From assembly GCA_964546195.1 (NCBI GenBank), contig CAZJJC010000233.1:1-47189 (forward strand): DNA of 47,189 bases, in the 5' to 3' direction. The notes beneath the pieces are model-generated. The model had not been told where the DNA came from and made no database searches. It was given only the letters and a program-made list of their open reading frames with translations. The DNA is from an uncultured Enterobacteriaceae bacterium (lineage in GTDB: Bacteria; Pseudomonadota; Gammaproteobacteria; Burkholderiales; SG8-39). The position numbers were made by a program, and so were the translations under genes. Shown here one piece after another: positions 30,272 through 38,648 of this stretch. Positions within the stretch are counted from its first letter, which is position 1. Every line of letters begins with the position of its first letter.

Positions 30272-30285
30272 GCGATACTTTCGCT

Positions 30286-31770
30286 GTGGAATTTAGCATA
30301 AAGACGCTCTCGCCCGAGGCGGCGAAAGCGGGCTGCGTGGTGCTCGGGATCCATTCCGGCCAGGAGCTCACGCCCGCCGCGAGGCGAGTCGACCAGGCCG
30401 GCAAGGGCGCGCTGAAGAAGGCGCTCGGCGATCTCGCCGGGCGCACCGGATCCACCCTGCTGCTGCGCGCGCTTCCGGGCGTGGCGGCCGAGCGCGTGCT
30501 GCTGGTGAGCCTGGGGGAGCGCAAGGACTACGCCGAAGCGGCGTATCGCGATGCGCTGCGCGGCGCAGGAGCCGTGCTCAGGGAGCTGGGCACCAAGGAC
30601 GCGGCGCTGTTCCTCGTCGATACCAAGCTCGGCACGCGCCCCCTCTCGTGGAACGTGCAGCACGCGGTGCTCGCCCTGCGCGATGCCTTCTACCGCTTCG
30701 ACCAGCTGAAGACGCAGAAAAAGCCGCCTTCGCCTTCGCTCGAGCGGGTCGTGCTGCCGATCAGCCCGACGGCGCAACTGCAGCAGGCCCTCGCCGAGGC
30801 GCAGGCCACCGCCGAGGGCTGCGCCCTGGCGCGCACGCTGGGCAACCTGCCGCCCAACATCTGCACGCCTGCCTACCTCGCCGACGAGGCGAAGAAGCTG
30901 GCGAAGCAATTCAAGCTCGGCATCGAAGTGCTCGAGCGGCGCGACATGGAGCGCCTGGGCATGGGCGCGCTCCTCTCGGTGGCGCGCGCCTCGCACCAGC
31001 CGCCCAAGCTCATCGTGCTGCGCTATTCCGGCGCGGCCAAGGGCGCACGACCGCTCGCGCTGGTCGGCAAGGGCATCACCTTCGACACCGGCGGCATCTC
31101 CCTCAAGCCTGCGGCCGAGATGGACGAGATGAAATACGACATGTCCGGCGCCGCCAGCGTGCTCGGCACGCTGCACGCGCTTGCCGCGCTGCGCGCGCCG
31201 GTCAACCTTGTCGGCATCATCCCCGCCTGCGAAAACATGCCCGGCGGCGCGGCCTCCAGGCCCGGCGACGTGGTGACGTCGATGTCGGGCCAGACGGTGG
31301 AAATCCTCAACACCGACGCCGAGGGCAGGCTGATCCTGTGCGATGCGCTCACGTACGCGGCGCGCTTCCGGCCCGAAGCCGTCGTCGACGTCGCCACCCT
31401 GACCGGCGCCTGCGTGATTGCGCTCGGGCACGTCGCGAGCGGGCTGTTCGCCAACGACCAGAAGCTCGCCGACGAGATGCGCGAGGCGGCCGACGAGGCC
31501 TGGGACCGCGTCTGGCAGATGCCGCTGTGGGAGGACTACCAGGAGCAGCTGCGCTCCAACTTCGCCGACTTCGCCAACATCGGCGGCCGTCCCGGGGGCA
31601 GCATCACCGCGGCCTGCTTCCTCGCCCGCTTTACCCGCGAGCTGCGCTGGGCGCATCTCGATATCGCGGGCACCGCCTGGAAAAGCGGCCGCGAGAAGGG
31701 CTCCACCGGAAGGCCGGTGCCCCTGCTGGTTCGATTTGTTCTGAAGCATGCGGCAGGAAAGCGCCTCTGA
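30286..31770 (+). CDS. pepA: leucyl aminopeptidase (M17)
   Basis: GTG start giving MEFSIKTL... M17 signature NTDAEGRLILCDAL and VGKGITFDTGGISLKP. Confidence 0.93.
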   Translation: MEFSIKTLSPEAAKAGCVVLGIHSGQELTPAARRVDQAGKGALKKALGDLAGRTGSTLLLRALPGVAAERVLLVSLGERKDYAEAAYRDALRGAGAVLRELGTKDAALFLVDTKLGTRPLSWNVQHAVLALRDAFYRFDQLKTQKKPPSPSLERVVLPISPTAQLQQALAEAQATAEGCALARTLGNLPPNICTPAYLADEAKKLAKQFKLGIEVLERRDMERLGMGALLSVARASHQPPKLIVLRYSGAAKGARPLALVGKGITFDTGGISLKPAAEMDEMKYDMSGAASVLGTLHALAALRAPVNLVGIIPACENMPGGAASRPGDVVTSMSGQTVEILNTDAEGRLILCDALTYAARFRPEAVVDVATLTGACVIALGHVASGLFANDQKLADEMREAADEAWDRVWQMPLWEDYQEQLRSNFADFANIGGRPGGSITAACFLARFTRELRWAHLDIAGTAWKSGREKGSTGRPVPLLVRFVLKHAAGKRL

Positions 31771-32204
31771 CGACCATCGATTTTTACTTCAACGCGCAGG
31801 ATCGCTTGCAGGTGGCGTGCCGGCTCGCCGGAAAGGCGGCGGGCCAGAAGAAGCGCCTGCTGATCTACGCGCCCGGGCCCGAGCTCGCCAGCCGCATCGA
31901 CAAGATGCTGTGGACCTGGCCGGCGATCGGCTTCGTGCCGCACTGCGCCGTGCACGACCCGCTCGCGCCCGACACGCCGGTGCTCATCGCCGCCGATGCC
32001 GAGACTGCGCCGGGCTGCGATCTGCTGCTCAACCTGGGGGCCGACTGCCCGCCGCACTTCGAGCGCTTCGAGCGCCTGCTGGAGGTGGTGGCCGCCGAGG
32101 ACTCGGAGCGCCAGGCCGGGCGCGGCCGCTACCGCTTCTACCTCGAGCGCGGCTATAAGATCAGGCACCACGACCTCGCCAAGGAAGCCGAGCGCAGTGA
32201 GTGA
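31767..32204 (+). CDS. holC: DNA polymerase III chi subunit
   Basis: TTIDFYFNAQDRLQVACRLAGKA...LLIY...MLWTW matches the HolC N-terminal pattern. Sits between pepA and valS as in E. coli. The start is provisionally CTG 31767 (AGGAAAG SD at 31755-31761), because no ATG/GTG/TTG is available. Confidence 0.75.
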   Translation: MTTIDFYFNAQDRLQVACRLAGKAAGQKKRLLIYAPGPELASRIDKMLWTWPAIGFVPHCAVHDPLAPDTPVLIAADAETAPGCDLLLNLGADCPPHFERFERLLEVVAAEDSERQAGRGRYRFYLERGYKIRHHDLAKEAERSE

Positions 32205-32223
32205 CCCGAGCGCAGTGAGTGAC
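32188..32223. repeat. perfect 18-bp tandem duplication CCGAGCGCAGTGAGTGAC, two copies
   Basis: Copies at 32188-32205 and 32206-32223 are identical. The first copy contains the holC stop (TGA 32202-32204). Confidence 0.95.
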
Positions 32224-32490
32224 GACCCGCTGGTTCCGGTCCTCACCGAGGTAGTCGACGAAGCCACCGCGTCGCAACCGCCCGCGGTAAGCGCCGCCGG
32301 CCTGGAGGCGCTCGCGCGCGAGCTGGAGCGCGCGCTTCTCTCGCGGCTCGCGCCGGAGATCGAGCGCGTGATCGCCCGGGCGCTCGAGGGCGCGCGCGCC
32401 GAGCTCACCGTGAGCCTCTCCCAGATCGTGCGCGAGGCGCTCGCCGCCTCGGTCGCCCACGCCGTCGCGCCGCCGCCCAGAAGAGACTGA
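32197..32490 (+). CDS. small Ala-rich conserved-position hypothetical protein between holC and valS
   Basis: GTG 32197 is preceded by AAGGAAG (32181-32187); the alternative GTG 32215 lies in the second repeat copy. The ORF ends 1 nt before the valS GTG start. No family recognised. Confidence 0.45.
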   Translation: MSDPSAVSDDPLVPVLTEVVDEATASQPPAVSAAGLEALARELERALLSRLAPEIERVIARALEGARAELTVSLSQIVREALAASVAHAVAPPPRRD

Positions 32491-32491
32491 A

Positions 32492-35275
32492 GTGCTCGAC
32501 AAGAGCTTCGACCCGGCCGCCGTCGAGCAGGCCTGGTACCGCCGGTGGGAAGCCGGCGGCTATTTCGCCCACCGGGATCATGCCGCTCCGGCCTACTGCA
32601 TCCAGCTGCCGCCGCCGAACGTCACCGGCACGCTGCACATGGGCCACGCCTTCCAGCAGACGCTGATGGACGCGCTCATCCGTTATCACCGCATGCGCGG
32701 CTTCAACACCAACTGGGTGGTCGGCACCGACCACGCCGGCATCGCCACCGAAATCGTCGTCGAGCGGCAGCTCCAGGATCAGGGGAAGAGCAAGCGCGAG
32801 ATCGGCCGCGAGAAGTTCGTCGACCTGGTGTGGAAGTGGAAGCATCAGTCGGGATCCACCATCACGCGCCAGATGCGGCGGATTGGCGCCTCGGCGAACT
32901 GGGACTACGCCGATACGGAAGGCGCGAAGGCCGGCTATTTCACCATGGACGCGCGCATGTCGCGTGCCGTCGTCGAAGTATTCGTACGGCTCTACGAAGA
33001 AGGTCTCATCTACCGCGGCAAGCGGCTGGTCAACTGGGACCCGGTGCTCGGCACGGCCGTGTCCGACCTCGAGGTCGACAGCGAAGAAGAGGATGGCCGG
33101 ATCTGGGAGATTCTCTATCCGTTCAAGGATGGACCGATCGGCGATCTCAAAGGCCTTACGGTAGCAACGACACGTCCTGAAACCATGCTGGGCGATGTCG
33201 CCGTGGCGATTCATCCCGGCGACGAAAGATACGCGAAGCTCCTCGGCAAGCAGGTGGTCCTGCCGCTGAGCGGCCGGACGATCCCGGTCATTGCCGATGA
33301 TTATGTCGACCCCGAGTTCGGCACCGGCGCCGTGAAGATCACGCCCGCGCACGACTTCAACGACTACCAGGTCGGCAGGCGGCACGGCCTGCAGCCGATC
33401 AGCATCATGACGCTCGATGCGCACCTGAACGACCAGGTGCCCGCGAGCTACCGCGGGCTGGAACGCTTCGCGGCGCGCAAACGGATCATCGAGGATCTGA
33501 AAAAAGAAAGCTTCCTGGTATCCGAGAAGCCTTACAAGCTTCGGGTACCCCGCTCGGGACGCACCGGCGTGATCGTCGAGCCGATGCTCACGGATCAGTG
33601 GTTCGTGAAGATGGAAAGCCTGGCGAAGGATGGGCTCGACGTGGTGGCGCGCGGCGAAGTGAAATTCTTCCCGGAGCACTGGACCGCGACGTACAACCAC
33701 TGGCTGAAAAACATCCAGGACTGGACCATCTCGCGTCAGCTGTGGTGGGGCCATCAGATACCGGCCTGGTACGACGACGAGGGAAACGTCTACGTCGGCC
33801 GGGACGAGAGCGAGGCGTCGAACAAGGCCAAGGGCAGGCCGCTGCGACGCGATCCGGATGTGTTCGATACGTGGTTCTCCTCGCAGCTGGTGCCGTTCAG
33901 CTCCCTCGGCTGGCCGGACAGCACGCCGGACCTCGACACGTTCCTGCCTTCGTCGGTGCTGGTCACCGGCAACGACATCATTTTCTTCTGGGTGGCGCGC
34001 ATGATCATGGCGACGCGCCACTTCACCGGCAAGGTGCCTTTCCGCCACGTTTACATCAACGCCATCGTGCGCGACGCCGAGGGCGAGAAGATGTCCAAGT
34101 CGAAGGGCAATACCCTCGATCCGCTCGATCTCATCGACGGCATCGCGCTGCCGGAGCTGATCAAGAAATCCACGGTCGGGCTCCTGAAGAGCGAGCACAA
34201 GCAGAAGGTCGAATCGTACGTGCGGAGCCATTTTGCAAACGGCATCCCCGCCTTCGGCGCGGACGCGGTGCGCTTCACCTTCGCTTCGCTCGCCAGCTTC
34301 TCGATCACCCTCAACTTCGACCTGTCCCGCTGCGAGGGCTACCGCAACTTCTGCAACAAGCTGTGGAACGCCACGCGCTTCGTGCTCATGAATACCGAAG
34401 GAAAGGACTGCGGCGCGGACGAGAAAAGCCCCGTGAAGCTCTCCTTTGCCGACCGCTGGATCGTGAGCCGCCTGCAGCGCGTCGAGGCGGAAGTCGAGCA
34501 GGGCTTCGCCGAGTACCGCTTCGACAACGTCGCCGGCGCCATCTACCGCTTCGTCTGGGACGAATACTGCGACTGGTACGTGGAATTGGCGAAGCTGCAG
34601 CTCCAAAGCAGCGACGCGGAGGCGCAGCGGGGCACTCGCCGTACCCTGGTACGCGTGCTCGAAACCGCCCTGCGCCTGGCGCATCCCGTCATCCCCTTCA
34701 TCACCGAGGAGCTGTGGCAGAAAGTGGCTCCGCTCGCCGGCAAGAAGGGCGACACCATCGTGCTGCAGCGCTATCCGAAGTCGCAGCCGGAGAAGCTCGA
34801 CGAGGCGGCGGAGCGCGAGGTGGCGGTGCTGAAGGAATGGACCGTGGCGGTGCGCAACCTGCGCAGCGAGGCGAAGATCCCGCCTTCGGAGCGCGTGCCG
34901 CTTTATGCGACCGGCCTTCCTCCCGTCACGGACGTCGCCGCGACCGTGGCCGCCGTGCAGGCGCTCGGGCGCCTGGATGCGGTGAAGAAGGTAGCGGTCC
35001 TGCCTGAATCGCCCTCCCCGGTTGCCGTGGTGGGTGAAGCGCGGATCATGTTGCACAAGGAAGTCGATCCCGCCGCGGAGGTCGAGCGCATTTCCAAAGA
35101 GATTTCCCGCGTCAGCGGCGAGATCGCCAAGTGCAGGGCCAAGCTCGCGAACGCCTCGTTCGTCGAGCGGGCACCGGCGCAGGTCGTCGAGCAGGAGCGC
35201 AAGCGTCTCGCCGGCTTCGAGGAGATCCTGACGAAGCTGCAGGACCAGCTGAAGAAGCTCAGTCCCCGCAAGTGA
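32492..35275 (+). CDS. valS: valine--tRNA ligase
   Basis: 927-aa ORF with a HIGH-type motif ([14 protein letters not shown]), KMSKS, and a C-terminal coiled-coil. Confidence 0.97.
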   Translation: MLDKSFDPAAVEQAWYRRWEAGGYFAHRDHAAPAYCIQLPPPNVTGTLHMGHAFQQTLMDALIRYHRMRGFNTNWVVGTDHAGIATEIVVERQLQDQGKSKREIGREKFVDLVWKWKHQSGSTITRQMRRIGASANWDYADTEGAKAGYFTMDARMSRAVVEVFVRLYEEGLIYRGKRLVNWDPVLGTAVSDLEVDSEEEDGRIWEILYPFKDGPIGDLKGLTVATTRPETMLGDVAVAIHPGDERYAKLLGKQVVLPLSGRTIPVIADDYVDPEFGTGAVKITPAHDFNDYQVGRRHGLQPISIMTLDAHLNDQVPASYRGLERFAARKRIIEDLKKESFLVSEKPYKLRVPRSGRTGVIVEPMLTDQWFVKMESLAKDGLDVVARGEVKFFPEHWTATYNHWLKNIQDWTISRQLWWGHQIPAWYDDEGNVYVGRDESEASNKAKGRPLRRDPDVFDTWFSSQLVPFSSLGWPDSTPDLDTFLPSSVLVTGNDIIFFWVARMIMATRHFTGKVPFRHVYINAIVRDAEGEKMSKSKGNTLDPLDLIDGIALPELIKKSTVGLLKSEHKQKVESYVRSHFANGIPAFGADAVRFTFASLASFSITLNFDLSRCEGYRNFCNKLWNATRFVLMNTEGKDCGADEKSPVKLSFADRWIVSRLQRVEAEVEQGFAEYRFDNVAGAIYRFVWDEYCDWYVELAKLQLQSSDAEAQRGTRRTLVRVLETALRLAHPVIPFITEELWQKVAPLAGKKGDTIVLQRYPKSQPEKLDEAAEREVAVLKEWTVAVRNLRSEAKIPPSERVPLYATGLPPVTDVAATVAAVQALGRLDAVKKVAVLPESPSPVAVVGEARIMLHKEVDPAAEVERISKEISRVSGEIAKCRAKLANASFVERAPAQVVEQERKRLAGFEEILTKLQDQLKKLSPRK

Positions 35276-36516
35276 GCCTGCCGCAAGGCCTGCGGGCCCT
35301 GCAGCACCGCGACTTCCGCCTGTTCTTCGCCGGCCAGGGCGTGTCGCAGATCGGCACCTGGCTGCAGCTCATCGCCACCAGCTGGCTGGTCTATCGCCTG
35401 TCGGACTCGGCCTTCCTGCTGGGCCTCGCCGCCTTTGCGATGCAGATTCCGTTCCTCGTGCTCGCGCCGCTCGCGGGCGTGTTCGTCGACCGGCTCGACC
35501 GGCGCCGCGTGCTGCTGGTCACCAACTCCATCGCCGCGCTGCAGGCGCTGCTGATGTTCGGCGTAGTGGCGCTCGGCGTGGTCGAGCCCTGGCATCTCAT
35601 CGCCGGCAACCTGGTGCTCGGGATCGTGAACGCCTGCGATGCGCCGGCGCGCCAATCGATCCTTATCCAGCTGGTGGGCGGGCGGCGCGACCTGGCGAAC
35701 GCCATCGCCCTGAACTCCATCATGATGAACCTGGCCCGCTTCGTCGGGCCGATGTCCGGCGGGCTGCTGATCGCGGCGTTCGGCGAGCGCTGGGGCTTCG
35801 GCGCGAACGCGCTGTCCTACTTCCCCATGCTGCTCGCGCTGTCGCGCATACGGAGCAGCTCCCGGGGATCGGTTCCGGCCGAAAAAGGCGTGCTCCGCCA
35901 GCTCGCCGCCGGAGCGCGCTACGCCTACGGCTTCCTGCCCGCGCGCAGCGCCCTGCTGCTGCTCACGGCGATCAGCGTGACGGTGGGGTCCTACGTCGCG
36001 CTCATGCCGTGGTTCGCGCGCGAGGCCTTCCACGGCGACTCGGGCACGCTCGGCCTTTTGATCTCGGCGGCGGGGCTGGGCGCGCTGACCGGCATGTTCT
36101 ACCTCGCGATGCGCTCGGGCATCCGCGGCCTGTTCGGCCTGCTCGCCTGGACCTCTTCGATCGCCGGCGCGGCGCTGTTCGTGTTCTCGATCTCGACTTC
36201 GCTGTGGCTCGCGCTGCCGGCGCTGTACTGCGTCGGCCTGGGCATGATGCTCACCGCCGCCTCGACCAATACCGTGCTGCAGACCATCGTGCCCGACGAG
36301 CTGCGCGGGCGGGTGGCGTCGCTCTACGTCATGTCGTTCATCGGCATGTCGCCGCTGGGTGCGCTGGCGGCGGGCTGGGTGGCCGAGCGCGCCGGCCCGC
36401 CGCTGACCCTCGCCGCCTGCGGCATGGCCGCGCTCGCGGCCGCCGGCGTGTATGCCAGCCGCCTAGGCGCGATCCGCCGCGAGATCCGGCCGGTCTACGA
36501 GCGGCTTGGCGCCTAG
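35272..36516 (+). CDS. MFS transporter (EntS/MFS_3-like)
   Basis: GTG start overlaps the valS stop (GTGA). [18 protein letters not shown]..., [12 protein letters not shown], and about 12 TM segments. Confidence 0.85.
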   Translation: MSLPQGLRALQHRDFRLFFAGQGVSQIGTWLQLIATSWLVYRLSDSAFLLGLAAFAMQIPFLVLAPLAGVFVDRLDRRRVLLVTNSIAALQALLMFGVVALGVVEPWHLIAGNLVLGIVNACDAPARQSILIQLVGGRRDLANAIALNSIMMNLARFVGPMSGGLLIAAFGERWGFGANALSYFPMLLALSRIRSSSRGSVPAEKGVLRQLAAGARYAYGFLPARSALLLLTAISVTVGSYVALMPWFAREAFHGDSGTLGLLISAAGLGALTGMFYLAMRSGIRGLFGLLAWTSSIAGAALFVFSISTSLWLALPALYCVGLGMMLTAASTNTVLQTIVPDELRGRVASLYVMSFIGMSPLGALAAGWVAERAGPPLTLAACGMAALAAAGVYASRLGAIRREIRPVYERLGA

Positions 36517-36987
36517 CCAGGAGTGATCGAACTGCCAGCCGTGCTGCGCCTCCAGGCGCACGCGGAAGGCGTCTTCCAGCTCGCGCGAGGGCGTGCAGAC
36601 GCAGGCGGCGGGAAAGCGCAGCAGGAAGCTCGAGGTCACCACCGCGCATCCGCCGATCGCCTGCACCGAGCTTCCGGCGATGCGCCGGCCGTGCAGCCAG
36701 ATCGCCTGGTCCTCGAGATAGGCGGCGAGGCCGAACTGACGGTAGGTGGCGACCGCGGGCGCAAGCGCCCAGGAGAACCAGCGCGCGACGCGCCCGGGCG
36801 CGAGCCTGCGCGGCGCGATGAGCGCGAAAAGATACTGCGCTTCGGCCTGCGCCCACAGCAGCACCGGCGCGGCGCTTTGCGGCTGCGTCGCGGCCAGCCG
36901 CGCGCACACCGATTCGAAGTCGAGCGGCTCGATTGCGCCGAGCCGGATCCAGCGCGCCATCATGCGATCGATTATTCCACAGTTCAT
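36463..36987 (-). CDS. hypothetical protein with faint BPL/LplA-like resemblance
   Basis: 174-aa ORF with coding-like composition. The segment IWLHGRRIAGSSVQAIGGCAVVTSSFLL resembles the K-I-x-G-S-A...H-G-x-L region of lipoate/biotin ligases, but the catalytic motifs were not found. Confidence 0.45.
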   Translation of the reverse strand: MNCGIIDRMMARWIRLGAIEPLDFESVCARLAATQPQSAAPVLLWAQAEAQYLFALIAPRRLAPGRVARWFSWALAPAVATYRQFGLAAYLEDQAIWLHGRRIAGSSVQAIGGCAVVTSSFLLRFPAACVCTPSRELEDAFRVRLEAQHGWQFDHSWLGAKPLVDRPDLAADRA

Positions 36988-37032
36988 CTTCGTGCCAAGG
37001 AAGAACGTCTCGGCACGGTTAATGCAGAAGCG

Positions 37033-37518
37033 CTAGAGCTCGATGTCCTCGCGGATCGCTTCGATGCCGGCGGCGGCGCAGCTGTCGTCTTCCTTGCCGC
37101 CCGGCGCGCCCGACACGCCGATCGCGCCGAGCAGCGAGCCGCTCGCCTCGATCATCAGGCCGCCGCCGACTGCCGCAACGCCCGGGCGGTGGCGGATGCC
37201 GCTCTGGGCGCGGCCGGCCTGCGTGGCTTCGGCGAGCTCGCTGGTATTGGTGCGGAAGCTGACCGCGGAGTACGCCTTGGCGCTTGCCATGTCCACGGTG
37301 TGCGGGCCGGCGAAGCGGTCGCGCAGCAGCACCTGCAGCACGCCCATGCGGTCCACCACGGCCACCGCGGCCTGAAAGCCGCTGTCGCGGCATTTCTTCA
37401 GCGCCGCCTGCGCGGCCTTCAGCGCCGTGTCCGGCGTAAGAACCTTCACCGTGAACGTGGCTTCGGCCCATGAAGCGGCCGAGACCAGGAACAGCGCGAG
37501 GAAAGCGAGCTGCCTCAC
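37033..37518 (-). CDS. secreted GlcG/HbpS-family (DUF336) haem-binding-like protein
   Basis: GTG start. Signal peptide RQLAFLALFLVSAASWA. AVAVVDRMG...AKAYSAVSF...GGGLMI...GAIGVSGAPGGKEDDSCAAAG is typical of GlcG/DUF336. Confidence 0.8.
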   Translation of the reverse strand: MRQLAFLALFLVSAASWAEATFTVKVLTPDTALKAAQAALKKCRDSGFQAAVAVVDRMGVLQVLLRDRFAGPHTVDMASAKAYSAVSFRTNTSELAEATQAGRAQSGIRHRPGVAAVGGGLMIEASGSLLGAIGVSGAPGGKEDDSCAAAGIEAIREDIEL

Positions 37519-37521
37519 TTC

Positions 37522-37677
37522 TTATTCATGAAAAAAAGTGAATTCGCGGTTCGCCTCGCCGTGCGACAGCAGCCCGTGCCCGGTCTGGCGCGCGAAGCTC
37601 TGGAAGTCCTTCTTGGTGCGCAGGATGGGAAGCGGGCAGTTCAGCCCGCGCGCATCGAGTGCCTTGTCGAAATTCAT
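37522..37677 (-). CDS. TusA/SirA-like sulfurtransferase remnant (51 aa, central region missing)
   Basis: MNFDKALDARGLNCPLPILRTKK carries the CPxP active-site motif. It runs directly into DFQSFARQTGHGLL...EFTFF, which matches the TusA C-terminus. About 20-25 aa of the usual middle are absent. Confidence 0.55.
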   Translation of the reverse strand: MNFDKALDARGLNCPLPILRTKKDFQSFARQTGHGLLSHGEANREFTFFHE

Positions 37678-37720
37678 GATCGCTTCTGCCAAAGGTTCAC
37701 AAGTATAAGATGTAACGCCC

Positions 37721-38641
37721 ATGCAATCCGCGGCCCAATGGCTGGTGATGGTGGCGCTGATGCCTCTCGAGGATCCGGCGGCGCGCATGCGCGTGCTGCG
37801 CAGCCTGGAGTCGCTCGGCGCGGCGGCGATGCGCGAAGGCGCGTACCTGCTGCCCGACTCGCCGGCCAGCCGGCGCTCGCTCGAAGCGCTCGCCGACTAC
37901 ATCGTCAAATGCGCCGGTCAGGCGCACGTGCTGCATGTCGCCGCGAGCTCGGCGGGGCAGGAGGAGACCTTCAAGCGCCTCTTCGACCGCAGCGCCCGCT
38001 ACGAGCACCTGGTGAAGGCGGTCGAGAGCCTGCGCGCGAGCTTCGGGCAGGCGGACCCGAGTGCGATCTCGCGCGAGCTCCACAAGCAGCGGCGCGAGCT
38101 CGAGGCGATCGAGGCGCTCGATTTTTTCCCGACCCCGGCGCGGGAGCGGGCCGAGCGCGTCCTGGCGGCCGCCGAGGCCGCGGTGAAGAAGCTCCTCTTC
38201 GGGCAGGCGGCGGGCCTGCTCGGGCGCACCTGGGCCACGCGCAAGCCGCTGTGGGCCGACCGCTTGGCCAGCGCCTGGCTGGTACGCCGCTTCGTCGATC
38301 CGCAGGCCAAGCTGGTGTGGCTGGATGAATCGCAAGAGCCGCCGGAGGGCACCATCGGCTTCGCCTTCGACGGCGCGCACTTCGCGAACACCGAGGTGCG
38401 GGTTGCCTACGAGGAAATCCTCGCCCGGCTGAAGCTCGGCGGCAACGCGGCGCTGGCGAGGATCGGCGGCCTGGTGCACTACCTGGAAATGAAAGGCGAC
38501 CCGGTAGCCGAGGCCGCGGGCGTCCAGATGCTCCTGCAGGGCGCCCTGCGCCGCGCGCGCAGCGAGGACGAGCTGCTCGCCGAAGCAGAGAAGACCTTCG
38601 ACCTGCTCTACGAAGCGTACTTCGAGCCGGCGAAAGGCTGA
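37721..38641 (+). CDS. ChrB-domain (chromate resistance regulator-like) protein
   Basis: 306-aa ORF with N-terminal LESLGAAAMREGAYLLP and C-terminal WATRKPLWADRLASAWLVRRFVDPQAKLVWL, characteristic of ChrB-family proteins. Confidence 0.78.
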   Translation: MQSAAQWLVMVALMPLEDPAARMRVLRSLESLGAAAMREGAYLLPDSPASRRSLEALADYIVKCAGQAHVLHVAASSAGQEETFKRLFDRSARYEHLVKAVESLRASFGQADPSAISRELHKQRRELEAIEALDFFPTPARERAERVLAAAEAAVKKLLFGQAAGLLGRTWATRKPLWADRLASAWLVRRFVDPQAKLVWLDESQEPPEGTIGFAFDGAHFANTEVRVAYEEILARLKLGGNAALARIGGLVHYLEMKGDPVAEAAGVQMLLQGALRRARSEDELLAEAEKTFDLLYEAYFEPAKG

Positions 38642-38648
38642 CCCCAGC

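Noticed and set aside
32405-35056. 883-aa ORF antisense to valS
   Set aside because: It is fully embedded opposite a gene with unambiguous HIGH/KMSKS motifs. The translation is Arg/Ala/Gly/His-rich low complexity with no recognisable domain. This is the typical stop-codon-poor antisense frame of GC-rich DNA.
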